A stretch of 17,799 nucleotides of DNA from contig CAXTTL010000085.1 of assembly GCA_964247135.1 (NCBI GenBank), positions 1 through 17,799 of the forward strand, read 5' to 3'. Of this stretch, positions 1-7,721 are shown piece after piece. The position numbers were made by a program, and so were the translations under genes. Position 1 is the first letter of the stretch; each line of letters begins with the position of its first letter. The notes beneath the pieces are model-generated. The model was given only the letters and a program-made list of their open reading frames with translations. It was not told the DNA's origin and made no database searches. The DNA is from an uncultured Deinococcales bacterium (GTDB taxonomy: Bacteria; Deinococcota; Deinococci; Deinococcales; JAAFIG01).

Positions 1-57
1 GAGGGTAATGTCTTTCAGGTTGTGTTCTCGAGCGCCACGCACCACGATCTTATCCAT
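1..57 (-). CDS. uvrA: Excinuclease ABC subunit A, N-terminal fragment (runs off the window start)
   Basis: Reverse complement of 1-57 translates to MDKIVVRGAREHNLKDITL, the characteristic UvrA N-terminus. SD-like AGAGGGG lies just upstream (63-69 on the minus strand). Confidence 0.93.
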   Translation of the reverse strand, partial: MDKIVVRGAREHNLKDITL

Positions 58-312
58 GTTGACCCCTCTTTTATTGCGTCACAGACGATTGAAGGTTAAA
101 TTTTGGAACATCAAGAATTTCAACGTCCCACGATATCATCTGGCGGCGGCGTATGTACAGAGCCAAATGCGGTATTGATAACGGGGTGAAAACGTAACGC
201 GATTCGCAGTGAATACCCCTCGAGTTGTGTTAGATTCCTCAGTTCAAAAGACCAGTTGATTTGATCAAAGTTTGAGTGAGTCCATATTTAAATCTCGAGT
301 TGGCAGTTGGTA

Positions 313-368
313 GTAGGGTGCGCCTCGCGCACCGTCTTTCACGTGTTTTGATGTGAGGGGCACCTTGC
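313..368. repeat. GTAG-type REP plus degenerate inverted partner (REPIN-like doublet)
   Basis: GTAG-GGTGCGC-CTC-GCGCACC at 313-333 has a perfect 7-bp stem. It is followed by a spacer and a decayed inverted copy ending AGGGGCACCTTGC. It aligns, including the spacer, to the reverse complement of 3646-3833 once the insert there is removed. Confidence 0.75.
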
Positions 369-391
369 AATCCTTGAGTTTATTGCTCGAG

Positions 392-1291
392 TCAAACCGC
401 TTCCAAATCTGGAGCCTTCATAGTTTCTCGAGTTGGGATTTGCGAGAGGATCATGGCAAGCAAAACCAAACCCGCGCCAATCCAACCGTTTAAATTCAAA
501 ACCTCACCCAACCACAGGTACGAAAAAACGGCGGCGAACACTGGCTCGAGCGAGTAGATCACGGCGGCTTGAAAGACGGGTACCGCTTTTTGGGCGGTTG
601 TTTGCAGCAATGTCGTCAAACCCGCCGCAATCAAGCCCAGGTAAAGCACGGGCAGCAAACTCGAGCCGAGCAAGGCTTTCGGGATTCCGTGCTCGAGGAT
701 GCCTGGTAACGCCCACAAGCCGCCCAGAATGCCAACCACCAGCACTTGGGTGCTGGCAAGCTGCAAACTTGAGTGACGGCTTGAAACGCGGTCTAGCAGC
801 AAAATATAAATGGCGTAACTGATGGCGCAACCCAGCGTCCAAAGGTCACCGAGCGAAAATTTCAGGGTTTGGGCGTTAAAGCTCATGATACCAATGCCAG
901 CCAACGCCAGAAATGCTGCGACAAACGCCATTCTGGGCACGGATTTGCCCAAGAACGGCAGCGCGAGCGGTACAAAAATCACATTCAAACCCGTGATGAA
1001 CGCTGCCCTGCCGCTCGAGATGCTTTGAATGCCGACGGCTTGAGTCAAAAAAGTGATGAACAACAACACACCCAAAGGCAGTGCGTCGCGCCACAGGTTT
1101 AGACTCGAGCCTTTCAAAAAAGGCAAGAAAAAAAGCCCTGAAACCAAGAACCTTGCCGCCACCAACTCGGCGGGAGAGAGTGTTTTGGTAACAATTTTGA
1201 CGCCAGGAAAAGTGGTTCCCCAAATGAGTGTTACCAGCACCAACAGTAGCACGCCCACGGTTTGGCTTGGGGTTTTAAAAAAGAACTTCAT
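392..1291 (-). CDS. EamA/DMT family permease
   Basis: 299 aa, about 10 hydrophobic segments, motifs LIWGTTF, AAFITGLNVIFVP, GDLWTL, YSLEPVFAAVFSYLWLGE. Confidence 0.92.
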   Translation of the reverse strand: MKFFFKTPSQTVGVLLLVLVTLIWGTTFPGVKIVTKTLSPAELVAARFLVSGLFFLPFLKGSSLNLWRDALPLGVLLFITFLTQAVGIQSISSGRAAFITGLNVIFVPLALPFLGKSVPRMAFVAAFLALAGIGIMSFNAQTLKFSLGDLWTLGCAISYAIYILLLDRVSSRHSSLQLASTQVLVVGILGGLWALPGILEHGIPKALLGSSLLPVLYLGLIAAGLTTLLQTTAQKAVPVFQAAVIYSLEPVFAAVFSYLWLGEVLNLNGWIGAGLVLLAMILSQIPTRETMKAPDLEAV

Positions 1292-1308
1292 GGCTAGCGC
1301 AGCCTAAC

Positions 1309-1336
1309 AAAAAAGCCCCCAACGTTGGGGGCTTTT
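1309..1336 (-). terminator. Intrinsic terminator of the TPR gene (potentially bidirectional)
   Basis: Perfect palindrome AAAAGCCCCCAACGTTGGGGGCTTTT (1311-1336) ending in a T6 run on the minus strand, 13 bp past the stop at 1350. Confidence 0.85.
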
Positions 1337-1349
1337 GGTTTGGTGTGGT

Positions 1350-2489
1350 TTAACGGCTGCCGGCGGTGGTTGGGCATTTGAGTTTAACGGCTGCCTCCTG
1401 CGCGTCTTTGTAATCGGCTTTGATCTTCAAGGCTTTGGCGTAATTGGTGCAGGCATCGTCTTTCTTGCCCAGGCTTTCGTTGGCTTGACCCAACCAAAAC
1501 CAGTAGCCGTACTCGTCGGGAGCCATCAAGACCGCTTTGGTGAATTGGGCGCTGGCATCTTTGGCTTGACCCAACTCGAGGTACAAACGCCCGAGGTAAT
1601 AATAATTCTCGTGGTAGGTCAGTGGGTCGAGCTTGACCGCCAACTCGAGCATCTGACGGGCTTGGTTTTTGTCTTTGGTGATGTAGAGAATAATGCCGTA
1701 CTGTCCAACCACGAAAGCGTCTTTGCGAGCCGTGGCAGAACGGTTGAAAGCCTGTTTGCATTGCGAGAGGGCATCACTGGTTTTGCCGTTCAAACGCAGC
1801 GCCTTGCAGTAAAAGGCTTGGGTGATGTAATCGCTCGGTTTGGAATCGAGCGCTTGACGCAAAGCATCGGTGGCTTCGTCGTACTTGCTCATTTGAAGGT
1901 ACAACGCGCCAAGGTTGAAAAGCACAATCGAATCGTCGGGGGCAAATTGCAGGGCTTGCTTGAAGAACTTGATGGCGTTGTCTGGTTCTTTTTTGTACTT
2001 GTAAATCGTGCCGCGCAGGTTGTTGACTGCCGCTTTGGCTTCGTTGGTGGTCACAATGCGCTCGGCATCATCGAGCACCCGCAGTGCCTCGTCCAATTGA
2101 CCCTTTTGCAAAGCACGGTCGCTCGAGTCGGTGTACTGACTGACGTAAGTTTGCGCCAAGACCAGGTAGCAGCGCCAGAATTGACCGTCGATGTCAATGC
2201 AGCTTTTCATGTGGGTGATGGCGGCTTGGTAGAGGCGCAAATGCAGCTCGACGCGTGCCAGGTTGTACAGGGCATCAGTGTTTTTAGGCTCGAGCACCAA
2301 GCAATTTCTGAAGACCACGTAGGCGGCTTGATAATCGGCTTTGGAATAATAAAGCTTGCCCAGGGCGGTGTATTCTTTACAGGTCGCGGCGGGTTGAGTT
2401 GGCGTGGCGCCTTGCGCAAACGCAGGCACGGAGAATACTAGAAACGCGAACAGGGTCAAAACGAAATGAAAAGGGTTTTTTGGTTGCAC
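1350..2489 (-). CDS. Secreted tetratricopeptide-repeat protein
   Basis: Multiple TPR motifs (ALYNLARVEL, VLFNLGALYLQM, YYYLGRLYLELG, WFWLGQANESLG) and a signal peptide ending AFA-Q. Start moved from 2612 to GTG 2489 because AAGGAGA precedes it. Confidence 0.88.
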   Translation of the reverse strand: MQPKNPFHFVLTLFAFLVFSVPAFAQGATPTQPAATCKEYTALGKLYYSKADYQAAYVVFRNCLVLEPKNTDALYNLARVELHLRLYQAAITHMKSCIDIDGQFWRCYLVLAQTYVSQYTDSSDRALQKGQLDEALRVLDDAERIVTTNEAKAAVNNLRGTIYKYKKEPDNAIKFFKQALQFAPDDSIVLFNLGALYLQMSKYDEATDALRQALDSKPSDYITQAFYCKALRLNGKTSDALSQCKQAFNRSATARKDAFVVGQYGIILYITKDKNQARQMLELAVKLDPLTYHENYYYLGRLYLELGQAKDASAQFTKAVLMAPDEYGYWFWLGQANESLGKKDDACTNYAKALKIKADYKDAQEAAVKLKCPTTAGSR

Positions 2490-2626
2490 ACAATCTCCTT
2501 CATGAAAAACCCTCGCGGGTGCTTTCTTTTGATGCTTACTGGTGTCATTCTGGCTGGAGGACATGAGCCGAACAAGGTTTTTGATTAAGCACAAATTTAA
2601 CTTATCTTCCAAATTGGGGCAGTGCC

Positions 2627-3217
2627 TTAATGAATGGTACTGAGTACTTCTTGACGTTCGAGCGCATCGTGTGCCCGTTGGCTCGAGAGACGATCACCGG
2701 TTTCGGATAAAAACAACGGACCGCGCGAACGCCCAGACAGGTACGAACGCAAGACGCGACTCGCCTCGCCAAGTTTGACCCGCACGCCAGAAAGCAAGGT
2801 CAGGGCATTGTCGCGCCAACTGACATCCTCGGCGTTCAGCATCACGATTTCAGTGACGCGCAACTGCGTGGTCTGAACGATCTCACCGAGCGCCTGATTG
2901 CGGTTGCGCACATAAGATTCTTGCGCCACGCGCGGCGAACGGTGGGGAATGCTGACCCGTAACGCGGGATTTCGCTCGAGTTGCCCTGAGAACTCCAGGA
3001 AATCACCATACGCCCGCAACGCCGCCAACTTTCGTGACACGGTTGCCCTGGCTGTGCCACGACCTGCCAGCACGGACAAGTAATTCTCGAGGTCGGGCGC
3101 GTCAAAAACCCGCACAGACTCGAGCGCCATTGTCACATCGGCAATGTAGGCACGGATGGTTCTTTCGCTCGAGCCTCGGGCTTCGAGATACGTTTGAAAA
3201 TCTTTGGTTGCTTCCAT
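2627..3217 (-). CDS. XerC/XerD-like tyrosine recombinase homolog lacking the C-terminal catalytic half
   Basis: N-terminal integrase SAM-like core (SERTIRAY...RATVSRKLAALRAY...RNPA), box I-like TQLRVTEIVMLNAEDV and PLFLSETGDRLS. The ORF stops at 196 aa, before any HxxR motif or catalytic Tyr. Confidence 0.75.
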   Translation of the reverse strand: MEATKDFQTYLEARGSSERTIRAYIADVTMALESVRVFDAPDLENYLSVLAGRGTARATVSRKLAALRAYGDFLEFSGQLERNPALRVSIPHRSPRVAQESYVRNRNQALGEIVQTTQLRVTEIVMLNAEDVSWRDNALTLLSGVRVKLGEASRVLRSYLSGRSRGPLFLSETGDRLSSQRAHDALERQEVLSTIH

Positions 3218-3361
3218 CGCGCTTGAAGTTTACGAACCCCTGCCAGCGAAGAGGTGAATGTGATGTGAGAAGCGTGGGGCAGGGAGCTTCTCTGGGATTG
3301 ATGGCTTCACAGGTGCTCGAGCCGAAAGCACACAAAGCTTCACGAGCCTGAATCGGTGTGA

Positions 3362-3385
3362 GGGTAAGGCGTGCCTCGCCCCTCC
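3362..3385 (-). repeat. Degenerate REP-like hairpin
   Basis: Minus strand GGAG-GGGCGAGGC-AC-GCCTTACCC: an imperfect hairpin with a GTAG-like tetramer in the divergent intergenic region. Confidence 0.35.
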
Positions 3386-3408
3386 CAGAGCCTGTTAAAC
3401 TCGAGCCT

Positions 3409-3633
3409 GTGAAACCTCTCGCCACGTACCTCTCGCTCGGTTTGCTGGGCATTTTTGCCCTGACCCTGATTTACCAAGTGCTGGTCGGCAAAGTGCCTCG
3501 AGAAATCTTCGCGGTTTTGATTGTCGCTCAAGCCCTGACCCGAATTTGGGGCAACCGTAACGGCGGCAGGAATGGTTGGTTTGGTGTGGGTTTATCGTTG
3601 CTGCTTGCCGCCGCGATCTTGTTTGCCAAATAA
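3409..3633 (+). CDS. Small membrane protein (74 aa, 2-3 TM)
   Basis: Hydrophobic ORF. Start GTG 3409 chosen because TAAACT (3396-3401) lies 7 nt upstream, fitting a leaderless promoter; the ORF track start is 3358. Confidence 0.65.
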   Translation: MKPLATYLSLGLLGIFALTLIYQVLVGKVPREIFAVLIVAQALTRIWGNRNGGRNGWFGVGLSLLLAAAILFAK

Positions 3634-3645
3634 CCTCGAGATGCC

Positions 3646-3833
3646 GTAGGGTGCGCTTCTTGACCATAAAATGCACCTTCTTGATTCCAAGACGCACCTT
3701 CTTGACCATAAAATGCACCTAACGGGCATGGTCGCTAACGGGCGGAATCGCTGACGGGCTTGGGGCGCTCACGGGCATGGTCGCCCCGCGCACCAGAGGT
3801 ACGTGAGACACGGTGCGCAAGGCGCACCCTAAC
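3646..3833. repeat. REPIN-like doublet whose first REP is interrupted by a 128-bp nested repeat array
   Basis: GTAGGGTGCG (3646-3655) joined to CCCCGCGCACC (3784-3794) reconstitutes a REP. An inverted REP GGTGCGCAAGGCGCACCCTAAC lies at 3812-3833. The element sits between convergent genes. Confidence 0.8.
3656..3783. repeat. Nested A3-B4 short-repeat array
   Basis: Three 21-bp units CTTCTT-N6-AARAYG-CAC (3656-3676, 3677-3697, 3698-3718), then four 16-17 bp units CTN-ACGGGC-N6/7-G (3719-3734, 3735-3750, 3751-3767, 3768-3783). Confidence 0.9.
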
Positions 3834-3839
3834 AAAAAC

Positions 3840-6530
3840 TTAAAATTTTCCGTCTTCAGGTTGCGGCAACCCCAGCCCCTCGAGTTGCCCCAAAATCAGG
3901 TTTTTGTCGCCCACCAAGACCAGCAAACTTTTCTCGAGCGCTAACATGTTGGGCGCGAGCGTGTTGAGGCTGGCGGCGTCAAAGGTCGAGAGTTCATCGA
4001 GGGTTGCGCCCAAGCTCGAGAAGGGTTTGCCTTGCACAAATAATTCTTGGGCAGTGCCAATCAGACCCTCGAGCGTCCCAAGGCTGGCGATGGTGTTGAA
4101 ACGCCGTACCGCTGCGGTTTTGCTGGCTTCCTCCGGTGTGATGTCCCCTGGGGTGAGGCGTTTGAATTCGCTCAAAAACTCGCGCAGGCTGGCTCCGGTC
4201 ACGCTGGCTTCGACATCGGTTGCGATGCGCAAATAGCCACTTTTTTGGTTTTGATTCAAGCTCGAGTACACGCCGTAGGTGTATCCCTTGTCTTCGCGCA
4301 AGTTTTGCATCAATCGGCTGGTGAAGGTGTCGCCCAACAGGACGTTCAGGCTGGCGAGTTGGTTGCTGCTGGGGTCGGTTGCCAGCGGCGCAGGAAAGAT
4401 AAAACGAATCGCGGTTTGACTCGAGCCTGGACGGTCCACAATCACCACGCGCTGGGTTTGATTGGCGGGTTGCGGGTAGTTGAGGGTCTCGAGCGGTTTG
4501 CTGGTGTTTTTCCAACCTTTTAATGCCGCCTCGAGCGCGGTTTTGAAATCGCTGGGCTTCAGGCTGCCCGCCGCAAAAACGAGCGCATTGTGCGGTTGCA
4601 TCACGGTTTTGTATTCGGCAATGACATCGCCGAGTTGCATTCTGGAAACGCTCGAGATGTTGCCATTAACCGAATTGGCGGCTGGGTGATCGCGTCCAAA
4701 ATACTCGCGCAGGGCAACTTTGCGTGCCACGGTGTCGATGTCGTCCTTTTCGGCTGCCAGTTCGCTGAGTTTGGAACGTTGGATTTCCTTAAAATTGGAA
4801 ACTTTAAAGCTTGGACGCAGCAGGGCGTCGCCGTACAACTCGAGTGCCGCCTTGAGGTTGGCGCTGGCGACGCTCAGGTTAACCGTCGAAAATTGCAGGT
4901 CGCTGCCGGCGTTAAAACTCGCGCCAATGCCGTTCAGGGCTTGCTCGAAGGCTTGGGCATCGCGTTTTCCGGCACCCAGACCGAGCAATTCGGTCATGAT
5001 GCTCGAGCGTCCGGCGTTATTTTGGTTTTCAATGTCTGCGCCGCCACGAAACAGCGTTGAAATGTACGTCAGTGGCAGGTTCGCACGCTGCCAGTAATTG
5101 ACTTTGACGCCGCTCGAGAGGCTGAATTCGGTCATGGCTGGGGGTTTAAACGTGGTAATGGCGGAGTCTGGCGGACGCGGCACGTTGACTTCATCGCTGT
5201 TGCGGCTTGGGGCTGGCAGCACGTTGATCACGACTCTGGCATTGAAATTTAAAACCAGTTTGGCACGCGCCAACAAACTTTTTGGCGTGACCTTGCGGTA
5301 GCGCTCGAGGTCAAAGGCAAAACTGTTCGGGTTGCCCAGGTAAAACTGGTAATTGTTCAAGGCATCGGCTTTGGCAGCCAAATCTTGCAAGGCTTCAAGT
5401 TTGTGGGTCTCGAGCGCCCGAACATAAGGCACCAAGCTTGCGGCACTCACGCCTTTTTTCAAGAATTCCTTGAGGTTTTTGTCAATCGCCGCCTCGAGCT
5501 TCCCTGGCGTGATGCCGCTGGCAGGGATGGCTTCAATGCTAAACACGCCACCCAAGGCTTGCGAAATGTTGGACACGCTGACATCGTCCGCCAAACCCGC
5601 CACCACCAAATTCTGGTACAACCGACTCGAGTAACCCTCGCCCAGCACCTGCGCCAGCAGATCGGTTTCGGCATCGTTGTAACCGTACAAGCGCGGGCTG
5701 TGCCACGCCATAATCACTTTCGGCGCGGAGACGTTGTCGGCAAAGGTGGCGCGTTTGACCGCCAGCAATTTTGCATCGGGCACGGGTTTGCGCAAAATAT
5801 CGGACGCTCTGGGAATGCTTTTAAACAAACCCGAGATCAGTGGCTTGATTTTCTTGGGGTCAAAATCGCCAGCCACCACCATCGAGGCGTTGTTCGGCAC
5901 GTAATAGGTGTTGAAAAACCGTTTGACATCCGCCACGGTTGCCGCGTTCAAATCCTCTTCGGTGCCAATAACCGGATTGAAATACGGATGGTTGCTCGGG
6001 TACAGGTATTTGCTCAACGCATCCTCGGCTTGGGCATAAGGCGTGCCAATCACGTTCTGACGCATTTCGTTCAAGACCACATTGCGCTGCAAATCGAGTT
6101 TTTTCTGGTCAATGTTTTTGCCCAGATTCGCCATCCGATCCGCCTCGAGCCACAACAGCGTCGGAAGTTGCGAACTCGGACCGCTCGAGTAATAATTGGT
6201 GTAATCGGCGTTGGTGCTGGCGTTGTTGCTGCCGCCGCCCGCCTCCATGATCTTGTCAAAATTGGGCGCGGCTTTGGTGCCCATGAACATTAAATGTTCA
6301 AACAGATGCGCGAATCCCGAACGCATGGCGGGTTCGTCCTTGGAACCGACCCGAAACCACAAGTTGACCGCCGCCGTCGGCAGGCTGTGATCGACGTGCA
6401 AAATCACGGTCAGACCGTTTTGCAACACGTACTTTTCGGTCGCCACGTTGAGCTTTTGGGCAAATGCTCCGGGCAGCAAGCTCGAGACGGTCAAAGCGGT
6501 AAAAATCAGGGTTTTTTTGAATCGGTTCAT
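3840..6530 (-). CDS. Secreted M16 (pitrilysin/PqqL-like) zinc peptidase
   Basis: 896 aa with a signal peptide (AFA-Q), inverted zinc motif AHLFEHLMF, NASTNADYTNY, and C-terminal SRLMQNLREDKGYTYG. Confidence 0.95.
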   Translation of the reverse strand: MNRFKKTLIFTALTVSSLLPGAFAQKLNVATEKYVLQNGLTVILHVDHSLPTAAVNLWFRVGSKDEPAMRSGFAHLFEHLMFMGTKAAPNFDKIMEAGGGSNNASTNADYTNYYSSGPSSQLPTLLWLEADRMANLGKNIDQKKLDLQRNVVLNEMRQNVIGTPYAQAEDALSKYLYPSNHPYFNPVIGTEEDLNAATVADVKRFFNTYYVPNNASMVVAGDFDPKKIKPLISGLFKSIPRASDILRKPVPDAKLLAVKRATFADNVSAPKVIMAWHSPRLYGYNDAETDLLAQVLGEGYSSRLYQNLVVAGLADDVSVSNISQALGGVFSIEAIPASGITPGKLEAAIDKNLKEFLKKGVSAASLVPYVRALETHKLEALQDLAAKADALNNYQFYLGNPNSFAFDLERYRKVTPKSLLARAKLVLNFNARVVINVLPAPSRNSDEVNVPRPPDSAITTFKPPAMTEFSLSSGVKVNYWQRANLPLTYISTLFRGGADIENQNNAGRSSIMTELLGLGAGKRDAQAFEQALNGIGASFNAGSDLQFSTVNLSVASANLKAALELYGDALLRPSFKVSNFKEIQRSKLSELAAEKDDIDTVARKVALREYFGRDHPAANSVNGNISSVSRMQLGDVIAEYKTVMQPHNALVFAAGSLKPSDFKTALEAALKGWKNTSKPLETLNYPQPANQTQRVVIVDRPGSSQTAIRFIFPAPLATDPSSNQLASLNVLLGDTFTSRLMQNLREDKGYTYGVYSSLNQNQKSGYLRIATDVEASVTGASLREFLSEFKRLTPGDITPEEASKTAAVRRFNTIASLGTLEGLIGTAQELFVQGKPFSSLGATLDELSTFDAASLNTLAPNMLALEKSLLVLVGDKNLILGQLEGLGLPQPEDGKF

Positions 6531-6607
6531 CTTAAACCAAGGGTATCACCTATGCCAATGACCGTGTTGAAATCGTAAATTTGATTTAAAACAGGTAGAC
6601 TTCGAGC

Positions 6608-7486
6608 GTGAAAATTGGTTTACCAGATACTTTAAGATACCAGCGTTACGGCGCGTGGTGGGAAGCGTTTTTAACAAATCTTGGCGTTGAGATCATCAAA
6701 CCCAGCCTGCCACTCGAGGATTCACTGAGCGAGGGAATGCGTCTGATGCCCTCCGAACCCGTGACCGTGCAATTGTTCGTCGGACGCGTGCTCGAGCTTG
6801 CGCCGTTGGTCGATGCCATCATAGTTCCAGACTTGAACCCTGGCGCCGAACCAGGCATGGGACAAGCGGTTGACCCCTGGATGGTAGACCTTGCCAGTAT
6901 GCTCTCACGGCGCTTTTCGCTGCCGGCACTGCACAGCATTCCAACCCGTCTGAACGAAACCGAAACCTCGGGTTTTGCCGTGCGGCTGGGCGTGAACATG
7001 ATGCAAAACACGACCCTGGTGCGGCGTTCGATGGACCGAATGCAGACGGGCTTAAAACCTGCCAAACCCAGCGAACCAATATGGGCAAAAGCGGGTTTCT
7101 CGAGCATCGGTTTGGTCGGCGACCCAAGCTTGCTCGAGACAGAATTTTTACTCAAAGATTTTATCGCCCTTCTCGAGCAATATAAGCTCCATGCTGTGAA
7201 CGCCAGCGAGATGCCCCGCGAAAAAGTGCTCGAGTTTGGACGCAAGAAATTACCAGACGCGCTCGAGACGGACGTTGAAACCGTGGGCGGCGCGACGTTC
7301 TTGGAGGGCAAAGCCCAGATTTTGGGTCTGATCGCGCTTTCGCCCGCCAACGCGCCACTGCAAACCAAACTTGGCAAAGACATTGTCAAACGCGCCCGAA
7401 AACCGAGCATTCAACTCGAGCTTGGGGCGGTTGACCTCGAGATGAAAGTGGCGGCGCTTGCGGGGTTGTTTGGGGAAGTGAATTAA
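6608..7486 (+). CDS. DUF2229-like / acyl-CoA dehydratase activase-related protein (divergent, cysteine-free)
   Basis: N-terminus MKIGLPDTLRYQRYGAWWEAFLTNLGVEII, VDAIIVP and IGLVGDP resemble that family. TAGACT lies 6 nt before the GTG. Confidence 0.6.
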   Translation: MKIGLPDTLRYQRYGAWWEAFLTNLGVEIIKPSLPLEDSLSEGMRLMPSEPVTVQLFVGRVLELAPLVDAIIVPDLNPGAEPGMGQAVDPWMVDLASMLSRRFSLPALHSIPTRLNETETSGFAVRLGVNMMQNTTLVRRSMDRMQTGLKPAKPSEPIWAKAGFSSIGLVGDPSLLETEFLLKDFIALLEQYKLHAVNASEMPREKVLEFGRKKLPDALETDVETVGGATFLEGKAQILGLIALSPANAPLQTKLGKDIVKRARKPSIQLELGAVDLEMKVAALAGLFGEVN

Positions 7487-7560
7487 GCTCGAGTGTTCTC
7501 GGATTTATGGATAGCCAAATGCGGTATTTTTCTTGCTGAACACGGAGAACGGCAGATTGC

Positions 7561-7674
7561 CTCCTCTCATCCCCGACCCTTCTTGACCATTCCCGCACCT
7601 TCTTGTTTTCAAGACGCACCTTACGGGCGAAACCGCTTCGGGCATGGTCGCTTCTCTTCCAGGAGAGAAGGGAG
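7561..7674. repeat. Palindromic intergenic element (CTCTCATCCCCGACCCTTCTCT...AGAGAAGGGAG) interrupted by a 72-bp nested array
   Basis: Removing 7579-7650 gives the perfect 9-bp stem CCCTTCTCT-TCCAGG-AGAGAAGGG preceded by a C-rich leader. Located between convergent genes. Confidence 0.7.
7579..7650. repeat. Nested A2-B2 short-repeat array (same family as 3656-3783)
   Basis: Units CTTCTTGACCATTCCCGCAC (7579-7598), CTTCTTGTTTTCAAGACGCAC (7599-7619), CTTACGGGCGAAACCG (7620-7635), CTTCGGGCATGGTCG (7636-7650). Confidence 0.9.
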
Positions 7675-7721
7675 TTTTGTTGATTTCTCGAGAAATCGGA
7701 ATTCCGTTTCTCAAACGCCAT

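Noticed and set aside
1335-2441. 368-aa plus-strand ORF
   Set aside because: Antisense shadow of the TPR gene with no recognisable motifs.
3395-3718. 107-aa minus-strand ORF with HFMVKK repeats
   Set aside because: Translation of the 21-bp A units, antisense to the small membrane gene.
3656-3783. CRISPR or TIGR-type guide array
   Set aside because: Variable segments are only 6-7 nt and pair with each other. Units are segregated as AAA-BBBB rather than alternating, and no cas- or Nop-domain gene is in the window.
2627-3833. Integron or integrative element (integrase plus attC-like arrays)
   Set aside because: The recombinase homolog lacks catalytic residues and the IntI insertion; the arrays lack RYYYAAC/GTTRRRY ends; flanking genes are chromosomal.
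5385-6293. 302-aa plus-strand ORF and the other ORFs nested in the M16 gene
   Set aside because: Antisense or alternate-frame shadows of a well-supported peptidase.
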